Source: Rubrobacter sp.
GTDB lineage: Bacteria > Actinomycetota > Rubrobacteria > Rubrobacterales > Rubrobacteraceae
Length of the DNA stretch: 40,432 nucleotides
Direction: 5' to 3'
Assembly: GCA_016781725.1 (NCBI GenBank)
Contig: JADDPU010000279.1
Location: forward strand, 10,236 to 50,667
Shown here piece by piece: positions 1-8,528 of the stretch (within the stretch, counting starts at the first letter, position 1; every line of letters starts with the position of its first letter). The position numbers and the translations under genes were made by a program. Below the pieces are notes generated by a model, which saw only the letters and a program-made list of their open reading frames with translations, was not told the DNA's origin and did not search any database.

Positions 1-1
1 C

Positions 2-949
2 GGCCGCCTCCGGCTCGGAGACCTCGGTCTCCTGCGCCGTCGAGGACTCGACCTCAGGCTCCCCGGCCTCGGAGGACTCCTCGGCCGGCGGCTCTTCGGC
101 CAGGGGCCCCTCCCCGCGGGCCTCTTCGGGCCGGAGCACCTCCGTAGGAGCATCCTCCGAAACCGTCTCCGGCGACCCCTGGTAAACGGTCGCGTCCTCC
201 GCTTCGGTCCGCCCTTCGGTGCCGGGGTCTTCCGGGACTTCTTCGTCGGTAGTAGGGGTTGACGCCTCTGTGGGCTCGACAATCGCGTGTCCCGAGAGCG
301 TCCGCTCGCCGTCCGTGGCCCCGGGATCTTCGGTCTCGGACCCGGCGGCGAGTTCGGTGCTCGGCTCCTCGGCCAGCCTCGCCTCCTCCTGGGCGGCGGC
401 CTCGCGGACGACGGCGATCGACTCGGTGTCCAGGCGCTGGCGCAGGGAGGCTTCTATCTCCTGGGCCGAGGAGACCTCCATGTTCTCCATCATCTCGAGG
501 TAGGTCTTCAAGAGGTGCCTGAAATCGTTCGAGAAGCTCCTCTTCGCCTCCTGCAGCGCCTCGTAGGACTCCTGGACCCGCTCGATACGCGCCGAGGAGT
601 CGGCGAGCATCTGGTGCGAGCGGCTCTGCGCCTCGCGGACCGTGAACTCCGCCTCCCGCCTGGCGCTCTGACGCAGGTCCTCGGCCTCCCTGGTTGCGGT
701 CCGGCGGAGGTCGTTGGCGGCCTGCTCGGCGTGGACGAGGGCGGCCCGGATCGAGCCCTCAAGCTCCTCGAACTGCTGCAGGCGGTCGCGGAGGCTCGAG
801 ATCTCCTCGCGCATCCTCTGGTTCTCCGTGTAGCTGCGCTCGAACTCGTCGGCAACGGCGTCGAGAAAGTCGTCGACCTGGTTCGCGTCGTAGCCGCGGA
901 AGCCGTTCCTGAACTCCTTGCGCCTGATGTCTAGTGGCTTTATAGGCAC
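2..949 (-). CDS. divIVA: DivIVA-family polar growth/division protein (3' end runs off the window)
   Basis: Not in the ORF track because no stop lies in the window. Manual translation from GTG 949 gives MPIKPLDIRRKEFRNGFRGYDANQVDDFLDAVADEFE, the DivIVA N-terminal motif (F..GFRGY...VD.FL), followed by a coiled coil and a long acidic E/P/T-rich tail. It sits directly after yggT, as in Gram-positive dcw clusters. Confidence 0.92.
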   Translation of the reverse strand, partial: MPIKPLDIRRKEFRNGFRGYDANQVDDFLDAVADEFERSYTENQRMREEISSLRDRLQQFEELEGSIRAALVHAEQAANDLRRTATREAEDLRQSARREAEFTVREAQSRSHQMLADSSARIERVQESYEALQEAKRSFSNDFRHLLKTYLEMMENMEVSSAQEIEASLRQRLDTESIAVVREAAAQEEARLAEEPSTELAAGSETEDPGATDGERTLSGHAIVEPTEASTPTTDEEVPEDPGTEGRTEAEDATVYQGSPETVSEDAPTEVLRPEEARGEGPLAEEPPAEESSEAGEPEVESSTAQETEVSEPEAA

Positions 950-955
950 GTCAGA

Positions 956-1297
956 TCACCCCGTTACAGGTCGTATAAAGTTGGCAATGAGGAGCAGCAG
1001 TAGGGTCCTGGCGATGGAGAGCCCGAAGATGGCGATGATCGGGGAGAGGTCGATCCCAAAACCTCCTAGCTGCAGCATGGGGATACGGGCCCTTATCGGC
1101 ATGAGGATCGGGTTGGCCACGGCCCTCACCGCGTCGTAGACCGCCTGCATAAAGCTGCTCGAAGGGTATCCGGGGAACCACGAGAACAGGATCGAGGCGA
1201 TGATGAACCCGAACAGTATGTAGTAGGTGTAGGTCACGATCCCGGCGAGCAGCTCGCTGATCCGGAACCCGAACTCCTGAAGGAGGGCAGCCGTCAT
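956..1297 (-). CDS. yggT: YggT/YlmG family membrane protein
   Basis: C-terminal 113 aa of track ORF 956..1726. ATG 1297 overlaps the proC stop (ATGA). Motifs ILFSWFP...NPILMPIRARIP...GGFGIDLSPIIA are typical of YggT. Confidence 0.88.
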   Translation of the reverse strand: MTAALLQEFGFRISELLAGIVTYTYYILFGFIIASILFSWFPGYPSSSFMQAVYDAVRAVANPILMPIRARIPMLQLGGFGIDLSPIIAIFGLSIARTLLLLLIANFIRPVTG

Positions 1298-2079
1298 CCG
1301 CCCAGGCTCCGGGCCCGCTCGGTAGCCGCCTCGATCCCGTCGTAGACGGCCGCCACGAACCCTGCCTTCTCCATCGCTACGAACGCCGCGGCGGTGGTCC
1401 CGCCCGGCGTCATGACCTCGTCGCGCACCTGGTGGGCGCTGCGCTCCTTCAGGAGCACTGCAGTCCCGCCTATAGTGCCGACCACGAGCCTGCGCGCCAC
1501 GTCGCGCGGGATGCCCTCCCTGACGCCAGCCTGGACGAGCGCGTCGGCGAAGAGGGCCACGTAGGCGGGGCCAGACCCGTGCAGCGCCGTCGCCGCGTCG
1601 AAGAGCCGCTCGGGCAGCTCGAGCACGTCGCCGACGTGGCGGAAGATGTCCATCACCACGGGCAGCGTGGCCCGGCCCGCCTCGTTCGCGGTCACTACCG
1701 CCGAGCCCAGGCCCACCGAGGCGCACACGTTAGGCATCACGCGCAAGACCGCGGTCCCCTCCGGTAGCTTTTCGACGATGCTCGTGATGGTGACCCCGGC
1801 CGCCACGCTCGCAACTGCCTTATCGGTGCCGTCGAAGGCTGGCGACATCTCCTGCATGACCTCTGCCACGTCCCAGGGCTTTACGGCGACGATGACGAGG
1901 TCGCTCCATTCTGCAAGCTCGCGGTTGGAGGAGGTGGTGCGCACCCCGACGTCCTCGAAGAGCCTGAGCTGCTCGGGATGGATGTCGCTGACGCCGAGGT
2001 CGAAACCGCCGGATTCGGCGAGCCTGAGGAGCAGGGAACCCCCGATCTTGCCCGCCCCGATTATCCCGACCTTCTTCAA
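1294..2079 (-). CDS. proC: pyrroline-5-carboxylate reductase
   Basis: Rossmann motif VGIIGAGKIG, plus AVKP, RVMPN, GSGPAY and VMTPGGTT. Confidence 0.95.
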   Translation of the reverse strand: MKKVGIIGAGKIGGSLLLRLAESGGFDLGVSDIHPEQLRLFEDVGVRTTSSNRELAEWSDLVIVAVKPWDVAEVMQEMSPAFDGTDKAVASVAAGVTITSIVEKLPEGTAVLRVMPNVCASVGLGSAVVTANEAGRATLPVVMDIFRHVGDVLELPERLFDAATALHGSGPAYVALFADALVQAGVREGIPRDVARRLVVGTIGGTAVLLKERSAHQVRDEVMTPGGTTAAAFVAMEKAGFVAAVYDGIEAATERARSLGG

Positions 2080-2097
2080 ATCCCCCCTCGAAGGCTC

Positions 2098-2679
2098 CTA
2101 GAGCTGGTTGAAGAACGCCCGCTCGGCGATGCGCTTGCGCTCTTCGGCGCTGACCTCGACGTCGCGGGGCGTGAGCAAGAAGACCCTGTTGGCCACCGAC
2201 TGGATGTTGCCGTCGAGCGCGTACGTAAGGCCCGAGCAGAAGTCCACCATCCTGCGACTCAGGTCGCCGTCCACGTTCTGGAGGTTCAGGATCACGGGCT
2301 GCTGGCGCTTGAAGCGGTCGGCGAGGTTCTGGGCGTCGTTGAAGCTCGAGGGCTCGAGCACGCTCACGCGGGTGGGCCGCTGGTCTGGGACGGGCCTGAG
2401 GTGCGCCGGCGGGTTCTGGCCGGCGTAGCGCTCGCCCCTGCCCGGACCCTCGCTGCCGAAGAGGTCCCCGAGGGAGGTGCCGAAGGCCGAGGATCGCTCG
2501 GCGCGCCCGAGCCGCCGGACAGTGGGACCCGGCTCTGCGCCCCGCGCGCCGTTGGCGTACGCCCCCCCTTCGTTGGCGTAGCGGCGGTCTTCTTCCTCTT
2601 CGTCCTCGTAGTAATCGTCGTCATCGACCCCGAACCCGAACCAGGCAGCGATCCGGTCCAGACGGTCCCTAACTCCCAT
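2098..2679 (-). CDS. sepF: cell division protein SepF
   Basis: N-terminal amphipathic segment (RLDRIAAWFGF). C-terminal SepF domain EPSSFNDAQ...PVILNL...RRMVDFCSGL...VFLLTP. SD AAGGAGG upstream. Confidence 0.95.
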   Translation of the reverse strand: MGVRDRLDRIAAWFGFGVDDDDYYEDEEEEDRRYANEGGAYANGARGAEPGPTVRRLGRAERSSAFGTSLGDLFGSEGPGRGERYAGQNPPAHLRPVPDQRPTRVSVLEPSSFNDAQNLADRFKRQQPVILNLQNVDGDLSRRMVDFCSGLTYALDGNIQSVANRVFLLTPRDVEVSAEERKRIAERAFFNQL

Positions 2680-3397
2680 CTTTCCTCCTTACGGGCCCAT
2701 CCTCCTCTATTAGCATCCGCCCGATCCTGACGAGGGTCGCCCCCTCTTCGACCGCCACCTCATAATCGCCGCTCATTCCCATGGAGAGTTCGGAGAGATC
2801 GAAGTGCGGACTCCAACTTTTGCGTAGCCTATCACGGATCGTCCTGAGTTTCGCGAAAATGTAACGTACGTCCTCGGGGTCATCTGCCAGCGGAGCGAGG
2901 GTCATGAAGCCCCTGGCTAGCACCCTTCCCCCGGTCGCCGCGGCCGCCTCGAGCAACGCCTCGACCTGGCCGGCCGGGACCCCGTACTTGGACTCCTCCC
3001 CGCCGACGTTGACCTGGACGAGCACCTCGGTACCCTCCTCGGGCGCCCTTGCGGCGAGCTCCTCTATAAGCCTCACGGAGTCGACCGAGTGAATGAGCGT
3101 AACGCGCGGAACGACTACCTTCGCCTTGCGCCGCTGCAGGTGCCCTATAAAGTGCCACTCGAAGCGGTCCCCGAAGTGCTCCTGTTTACTTACCAGATCC
3201 TCGGCCCGGTTCTCCCCCACGAGCTCGACGCCGGCCTCGGCGAGCGCGAGGATCTGATCTGGCGCGTAGTACTTGCTGGCGACGAGCACCCTGACCGCCT
3301 CGCGGTCGCGCCCGCTCCTCTCGAGCGCCGCCGCCACGTTCTCGCGCACGCGGGCCAGCCTCCCCCGGATGACCTCTTTGCTCGTCTGCACGCTCAT
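2669..3397 (-). CDS. yggS: YggS/YlmE family PLP-binding protein
   Basis: Starts MSVQTSKE at ATG 3397 (ATGA overlap with pgeF). Motifs VASK, GENR, WHFIGHLQ, HSVDS, LSMGMSGDY...GATLVRIG. Confidence 0.93.
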   Translation of the reverse strand: MSVQTSKEVIRGRLARVRENVAAALERSGRDREAVRVLVASKYYAPDQILALAEAGVELVGENRAEDLVSKQEHFGDRFEWHFIGHLQRRKAKVVVPRVTLIHSVDSVRLIEELAARAPEEGTEVLVQVNVGGEESKYGVPAGQVEALLEAAAATGGRVLARGFMTLAPLADDPEDVRYIFAKLRTIRDRLRKSWSPHFDLSELSMGMSGDYEVAVEEGATLVRIGRMLIEEDGPVRRKDGS

Positions 3398-4155
3398 GGT
3401 GCCACCCTGGCCACAGTGGCGAGGTTGCGCCCCGTGAGCGGCCCTTGCTTCCGGTGTGAGTAGAACAGGTCGGGCCGGCAACCGGTGCACAGCCCCAGAT
3501 CGTAGACCTCGACCCCAGCCCGCTCGAGGTCCACCCGGATGGCGTCGGGCAGGGACAGGTCCCGCCCGGAGACCACCCCATCCCCGAACTCGCGCGCGAA
3601 CTTGTCTGCCAGCTCTTGGGACACCTCGTAACAGCACCCGCGGATAGAAGGCCCCACGTAGGCCCGTACCCCCCGCGCCTCCAGCCGCCGCGCCGCCTTC
3701 CCGGAGACCCCGGCGAGGGTGCCGCGCCAGCCCGAGTGGACCATGCCAACGCCCCCATCTCCGACGAGGGCTACGGGTACGCAATCGGCCACGGCCACGG
3801 AGAGACACAGGTCCCGCTCGGGGGTTACGAGCGCGTCGCCCTCCCCGGCAAAGCCGCCCTCCGACACCAGCGCCACGCCGTCCCCGGCTACCTGCCTGAC
3901 CCAGGCAGAGGGCCTGTGTCCTACAGCCTCCCTTATAACCGAGAGGTTCGCCTCGACGGCGGCCGGCTCGTCGCCGACCACCTTGGAGACGTTCAGGGAG
4001 TCGTAAGGGGGTTCCGAGACGCCGCCAAGCCTCGTGAAAAACCAGACGCGGGCGCCTGCCGGCTCGGGGTCGGGCGCGACGTAGACGGCGCCCCCGGCCG
4101 CGGTGTGGACAGCGGCGGGAGCGCCCTGGTGGGCCTTGGTCTGTGCCTCTCGCAC
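3394..4155 (-). CDS. pgeF: PgeF/YlmD/YfiH family (polyphenol oxidase/laccase-domain) protein
   Basis: FTRLGGVS..PYDSLN, DALVT, VADCVPV, HSGWRGT, GPSI..CCYEV, LCT.C...FYSHR. Located after ftsZ. Confidence 0.9.
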   Translation of the reverse strand: MREAQTKAHQGAPAAVHTAAGGAVYVAPDPEPAGARVWFFTRLGGVSEPPYDSLNVSKVVGDEPAAVEANLSVIREAVGHRPSAWVRQVAGDGVALVSEGGFAGEGDALVTPERDLCLSVAVADCVPVALVGDGGVGMVHSGWRGTLAGVSGKAARRLEARGVRAYVGPSIRGCCYEVSQELADKFAREFGDGVVSGRDLSLPDAIRVDLERAGVEVYDLGLCTGCRPDLFYSHRKQGPLTGRNLATVARVAP

Positions 4156-4170
4156 GCCTCGGGCGCGGAC

Positions 4171-5247
4171 CTACCGCCGCCGGAGGAAGGCCGGGATGTC
4201 GAGCACGTCGCCCGTCTCTTGCGAAGGCGCGGGCTCCTGTTGGGCCTGCTGTTGCTGCGGCTCTACCCCGGAGCGTTCGGTGCGGCGCTGGTTGGCGAGG
4301 CGCTGGTCGAAGCCGGTGGCGATCACTGTGACGCTCACCCGATCCCCAAAACCGTCGTCTATGACGGCGCCGAAGATCAGGTTAGCATCCTGGTGGGCTG
4401 CGTTGTGGACGATCTCCGCGGCCTCGTTGACCTCGAAGAGCCCGAGGTCGGTCCCGCCGGTGATGTTCAGGATAATCCCCGTGGCCCCCTCGATGCTCGC
4501 CTCGAGCAGGGGGCTAGAGATCGCAGTCCTCGCTGCCTCCGCCCCCCTCGCCTCGCTGCTCGACTCCCCGATGCCCATGAGCGCAGACCCCGAGTTGTGC
4601 ATGATGGTCCGGACGTCCGCGAAGTCGAGGTTGATGAGACCAGGCACCGTGATAAGGTCGGTAATCCCCTGCACACCCTTCCTCAAGATGTCGTCGGCCA
4701 TCTTGAAGGCGTCCATCATGCTGGTGCGCTTCTCGGCTACCTGCAAGAGCCGGTCGTTGGGGATGATGATCAGGGAGTCCACGTTCTCCTTGAGGCGCTT
4801 GATGCCCTCCTCGGCGTAGGTCGAACGCCGCCTGCCCTCGAACGCAAAAGGCCGCGTAACGACCCCGATGGTCAGAGCCCCCGAGTCCCTGGCTATCTTC
4901 GCCACAACCGGGGCAGCCCCCGTGCCGGTGCCGCCGCCCTTCCCGGCGGTAACGAACACCATGTCGGCCCCGCGCAGGGCCTCCTCGATCTCGGCCTTGT
5001 TCTCCTCGGCGGCCTCCATCCCGACCTTGGGGTCGGCCCCGGCCCCCAAGCCGCGCGTGATCTTCTCCCCTATGTGGATCTTCTGGTCGGCGTCGGTCAT
5101 CTGCAGGGCCTGCGCATCCGTGTTGATCGCTATGAACTCGACCCCCTGTAAACCGGAGTTGATCATGCGGTTCACGGCGTTCGTCCCCCCACCGCCAATG
5201 CCGACCACCTTTATAACCGCCAGATAGTTAGTCGCCGCGTCCAACAT
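4171..5247 (-). CDS. ftsZ: cell division protein FtsZ
   Basis: [17 protein letters not shown], tubulin signature [16 protein letters not shown]-terminal DIPAFLR. Start placed at ATG 5247 because a GGAGAGGG SD-like sequence precedes it; the track gives 5268. Confidence 0.98.
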   Translation of the reverse strand: MLDAATNYLAVIKVVGIGGGGTNAVNRMINSGLQGVEFIAINTDAQALQMTDADQKIHIGEKITRGLGAGADPKVGMEAAEENKAEIEEALRGADMVFVTAGKGGGTGTGAAPVVAKIARDSGALTIGVVTRPFAFEGRRRSTYAEEGIKRLKENVDSLIIIPNDRLLQVAEKRTSMMDAFKMADDILRKGVQGITDLITVPGLINLDFADVRTIMHNSGSALMGIGESSSEARGAEAARTAISSPLLEASIEGATGIILNITGGTDLGLFEVNEAAEIVHNAAHQDANLIFGAVIDDGFGDRVSVTVIATGFDQRLANQRRTERSGVEPQQQQAQQEPAPSQETGDVLDIPAFLRRR

Positions 5248-5292
5248 CCCTCTCCAACCCTCCATCACACGCTCTCCGGGGGCCCTGCCGGT

Positions 5293-6495
5293 CTACCTGC
5301 CCCGGAACCAGCCCTTGACCGCCTCCACTATGCTACCAAAACTCGTAGCCCCTGCACCTTTACTCTTTGGTCTAAGGTCATCGTTTTTGGCTGCGAAGTA
5401 TAGCAGACCTACAGAGGTTGCATACTGAGGTTTCTGTACAGGTTGAACCTCGCCCCTGACGCGGCGGGGTGCGGCGGTGCTGGCGCGCACCCCGAGGACC
5501 TCTTCCGCGAGGTCGGTCATTCCGTCGAGGAGGGAGCCGCCGCCGGTGAGGACGACGCCGCCGGGGAGCATCTCGCGGGTCCCGCTCCTATCGAGCGAGT
5601 CGCGGGCGTACTCGAGCAGCTCCAGGGCGCGGTACTCCAGGATCTGGCTGACAAAGTGGGCGTTGTAGTGGCGGTCGTCCAGCTTGACGGGGGCGACGGA
5701 GTCGACGGTGTCGGAGAGGACGGTGCCGTAGCGGAGCTTTATCTCTTCGGCCTTGTGCTGTGGGATCTTGAGCCCGTAGGCGACGTCGGAGGAGAAGCTC
5801 TCGCCGCCGATGGGGATAACTGCCGTATGGGTCAGGGCCCCCCTGATAAACGTGGCTATGTCGGTGGTACCGCCGCCGATGTCGAGGAGGGCGACGCCGG
5901 ACTCGCGATCCGAATCCGAGAGGCAAGCCTCCGCGGAGGCGAGCGGCTCGAGCACGACGCGGGAGACCCTGACCCCGCAGTCCTCGACGGCGCGCAGGAG
6001 GTTCTGTATGCTCGAGACGGCGCCGCTGACCACGTGGGCGCGCATGGTGACCTTGCGCGCGGCGAGGCCTACGGGGTTCTTGACCCCCTCCGACCCGTCC
6101 AGGACGTACCCCCGCGGCACCACGTGCAGGACCCGCTCGTCCTCGTCCAGCTCCAGCTGGCGGGCCTCCTGGTCCAGCCTGCGCATGAACCGGTCGGTCA
6201 CCGTCAGGTCCCTCGTGCGGTTGAGGAGGGTCACCTCCGTGTTGAAGGACGAGATGTGGCTGCCCGCGATGCCGACGCTCACCTGCCCCGCTCGCACGCC
6301 GCAGGAGTCCAGGGCCTCGGCGATGGATTCGGCTGCCGCCTGGCGGTCGACCACAACACCCCTCTTGAGCCCGTAGCTGGGCGCCTCCCCCACGGAGAGC
6401 ACCTCAGCCCAACCCCGCCGGGCGTCCACGCGGCCCGCGAGCGCCACGATCTTCGTGGTGCCCACGTCTACGCCGTAAACCAGAGACTGCGCCAC
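5293..6495 (-). CDS. ftsA: cell division protein FtsA
   Basis: Actin-fold motifs DVGTTK, DIGGGTT and VLTGGGS, plus G.KRGVVVD and a C-terminal amphipathic helix FGSIVEAVKGWF. Located between ftsQ and ftsZ. Confidence 0.95.
   Translation of the reverse strand: MAQSLVYGVDVGTTKIVALAGRVDARRGWAEVLSVGEAPSYGLKRGVVVDRQAAAESIAEALDSCGVRAGQVSVGIAGSHISSFNTEVTLLNRTRDLTVTDRFMRRLDQEARQLELDEDERVLHVVPRGYVLDGSEGVKNPVGLAARKVTMRAHVVSGAVSSIQNLLRAVEDCGVRVSRVVLEPLASAEACLSDSDRESGVALLDIGGGTTDIATFIRGALTHTAVIPIGGESFSSDVAYGLKIPQHKAEEIKLRYGTVLSDTVDSVAPVKLDDRHYNAHFVSQILEYRALELLEYARDSLDRSGTREMLPGGVVLTGGGSLLDGMTDLAEEVLGVRASTAAPRRVRGEVQPVQKPQYATSVGLLYFAAKNDDLRPKSKGAGATSFGSIVEAVKGWFRGR
5330..5405 (-). promoter_or_regulatory. 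candidate internal ftsZ promoters inside the 3' end of ftsA
   Basis: Two extended -10 matches on the minus strand, TGcTATACT (5397-5405) and TGgTAGCAT (5330-5338), within a locally AT-rich patch of ftsA. Confidence 0.5.
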
Positions 6496-6501
6496 CTTCG
6501 C

Positions 6502-7167
6502 CTACCCCGCGGGCTCGCCGCCAGACGCCGGGCCGACCACTACCCTCTCGGGAGATCTTAGGTCGAAGACCTCGGCTTCGGGATGACGCCGCATTATTCC
6601 CGTCAAGGCTTCGGCCTGACCCTCGCCCAAGCCTCCGGCGAAGACGACCTTACGTCCCTCCACCGTGGCCTCTATGCCCTGCGGTCCGGCCCCATCCACC
6701 GAATCCAGCCTCAGCCCGCTCGCGCTCAACACCCTGGCCAACCCCAAGATCTCCCCCACCTGGTCCCGATCCAACCTCACCCTCCCGAGCCCCGCTCCCC
6801 CGAGCCCCGGAAGTTCTTCTCCATCAGACGCCAGGATCACCCGCCGCCCGTCGACCTCGGCGTACAGCACAGGTCGACGCTCCTCAACCTCAACCGTAAC
6901 TATACCGGATTCCCAATCCTCGGACACCTTCGCACCTTTAACCCAAGGGTTAGACTCTACCTCCCGCTCCAGGGCACTCTCGTTGAGGGTAAGGAGGCTC
7001 GCGTGGTCGGGGACGGCGGTCCACGCGTCGGATTCCGGGTACATCCTGGCGCCCTCGACCTGGATACCGGTAACCGGGAAGCTCAGGTAGGCGGCTACCA
7101 GGACGGTTAGCGTGGTAGCGGCGGCGACGGCCGTCGCGAGGAGGAGGGCGCGTAGGGAGGTGGTCAG
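6502..7167 (-). CDS. ftsQ: cell division protein FtsQ/DivIB (probable CTG start)
   Basis: C-terminal part of track ORF 6502..7902: a TM helix, then a POTRA-like stretch (VTGIQVEG...NPWVKGAKVSEDW...VEVEERRP) and a terminal DLR. Lies between murC and ftsA. The only start upstream of the TM helix is CTG 7167, which overlaps the murC stop (CTGA) with AGGAG 7 nt upstream. Confidence 0.82.
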   Translation of the reverse strand: MTTSLRALLLATAVAAATTLTVLVAAYLSFPVTGIQVEGARMYPESDAWTAVPDHASLLTLNESALEREVESNPWVKGAKVSEDWESGIVTVEVEERRPVLYAEVDGRRVILASDGEELPGLGGAGLGRVRLDRDQVGEILGLARVLSASGLRLDSVDGAGPQGIEATVEGRKVVFAGGLGEGQAEALTGIMRRHPEAEVFDLRSPERVVVGPASGGEPAG

Positions 7168-8528
7168 GCTAGGGCTCCTCGTTCCTCCAGCAGCTCGAGC
7201 AGCTCCTCTCCGGCCTTGGAGATGTCCCCGGCGCCGAGGGTGAGCACGAGGTCGCCCCTCTCGGAGACGTGACTGAGAACTCGAGGTATGGCGTCCATCT
7301 GCGGGATGTAGTAGACGTCGGGGTGGTCTGGCGTCTCGCAGATGGCGTCGACTATCAGCTTGCCGTTCACGCCGGGCTGGGGCATCTCGCCGGCCCCGTA
7401 GACCTCGGTGATGAGGACCGTGTCGGCCGAGGAGAAGGACTCCCCGAACTCCCTGTAGAGGGCCCTGGTGCGCGAGTAGCGGTGCGGCTGGAAGACTGCT
7501 ATTACCCTCTCGTCGGGCGAGACGGTGGAGCGGGCGGCGTCGAGCGTCGCCGAGAGCTCGGTCGGGTGGTGCGCGTAGTCGTCCACTACCCGCACGTGGG
7601 CGCGCTCCCCCTTGAGTTGGAACCGGCGGCGCACGCCCCCGAAGTCCTTGAGGGTCTGGGCAGCCTCGAGGGCGTCGTGGCCGAGCCAGCGGGCCACGGC
7701 GATCGCGGCCAGGGAGTTGAGCACGTTGTGGCGCCCGTAGACGCCGAGCTCGATCCGGCCGCGCCTCTCGCCGCGCTCGAGGAGCGTGTAGCTGTTGGGG
7801 CCGAGGATCTCCGCCCTCAGGTCGCCCGCGGCCAGCCCGTAGGTAGTCACCGGGCAAGGGGACTCCGCCCCGAGCGCCAGGCAGCGCGGATCGTCGGCGC
7901 ACGCGACCAGGTGGCCGTCGGCCGGCAGGGAGCCCACGAACCGCGAGAACGTTTCGACCACGTCCTCGAGGGAGGAGTAGAAGTCCGGGTGGTCGAACTC
8001 CACGTTCGTGACTACCGCGGCCCGGGGACGGAGGTAGAGGAAAGAACGGTCGCTCTCGTCAGCCTCGGCGACCACGAGGTCGGGGCGGCCGAAGGCAACA
8101 TTGCTCCCGATATCGTTCAGCTCTCCGCCGACCAGCGCCGTCGGGTTCTCGCCGAGGGCCTTGAGCACGTGGGCGGTCATGCTCGTGGTCGTGGTCTTGC
8201 CGTGGGTGCCGGCGACGGCTACCCCGCTGCTGCCCTCGAGGATCGAGGCGAGGGCGGCGGCGCGCGGGATCACCGGGATGCCCCGTCTGCGGGCTTCGAG
8301 GAGCTCGGGGTTGGTCTTTGGGATGGCGGTCGAGATCACGACGCGCTCGGCGTCCCCGACCTGCCCTGCCGCGTGACCTATGTAGACGGTGATGCCTGCC
8401 TCTCGAAGCCTGCGGGTGTAAGGCGAGTCCTTGAGGTCCGACCCAGTGACGCGGTCCCCCCTGCTCTTGAGCACCTCCGCGATGCCGCTCATGCCGGCCC
8501 CGCCGATGCCTATCATGTGGGTCTTCAC
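7164..8528 (-). CDS. murC: UDP-N-acetylmuramate--L-alanine ligase
   Basis: HMIGIGGAGMSGIA, AGTHGKTTT, EADESD, DDYAHHPTE, FQPHRYSRT. Confidence 0.97.
   Translation of the reverse strand: MKTHMIGIGGAGMSGIAEVLKSRGDRVTGSDLKDSPYTRRLREAGITVYIGHAAGQVGDAERVVISTAIPKTNPELLEARRRGIPVIPRAAALASILEGSSGVAVAGTHGKTTTTSMTAHVLKALGENPTALVGGELNDIGSNVAFGRPDLVVAEADESDRSFLYLRPRAAVVTNVEFDHPDFYSSLEDVVETFSRFVGSLPADGHLVACADDPRCLALGAESPCPVTTYGLAAGDLRAEILGPNSYTLLERGERRGRIELGVYGRHNVLNSLAAIAVARWLGHDALEAAQTLKDFGGVRRRFQLKGERAHVRVVDDYAHHPTELSATLDAARSTVSPDERVIAVFQPHRYSRTRALYREFGESFSSADTVLITEVYGAGEMPQPGVNGKLIVDAICETPDHPDVYYIPQMDAIPRVLSHVSERGDLVLTLGAGDISKAGEELLELLEERGALA

Noticed and set aside
3616-5151. Long plus-strand ORFs antisense to real genes (e.g. 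3616..5151, 5443..6561, 7269..8735, 13264..14451, 33281..35557, 36468..37799)
   Set aside because: They mirror well-recognised minus-strand genes, have no recognisable motifs, and are expected shadow ORFs in high-GC DNA.
7168-7902. N-terminal 245 aa of track ORF 6502..7902, and similar R/G/P-rich extensions on yggT, yggS, ftsW, ftsL, rsmH, yqeY and ppc
   Set aside because: These are off-frame read-backs into the neighbouring gene. Better starts exist at stop/start overlaps or SD sites.
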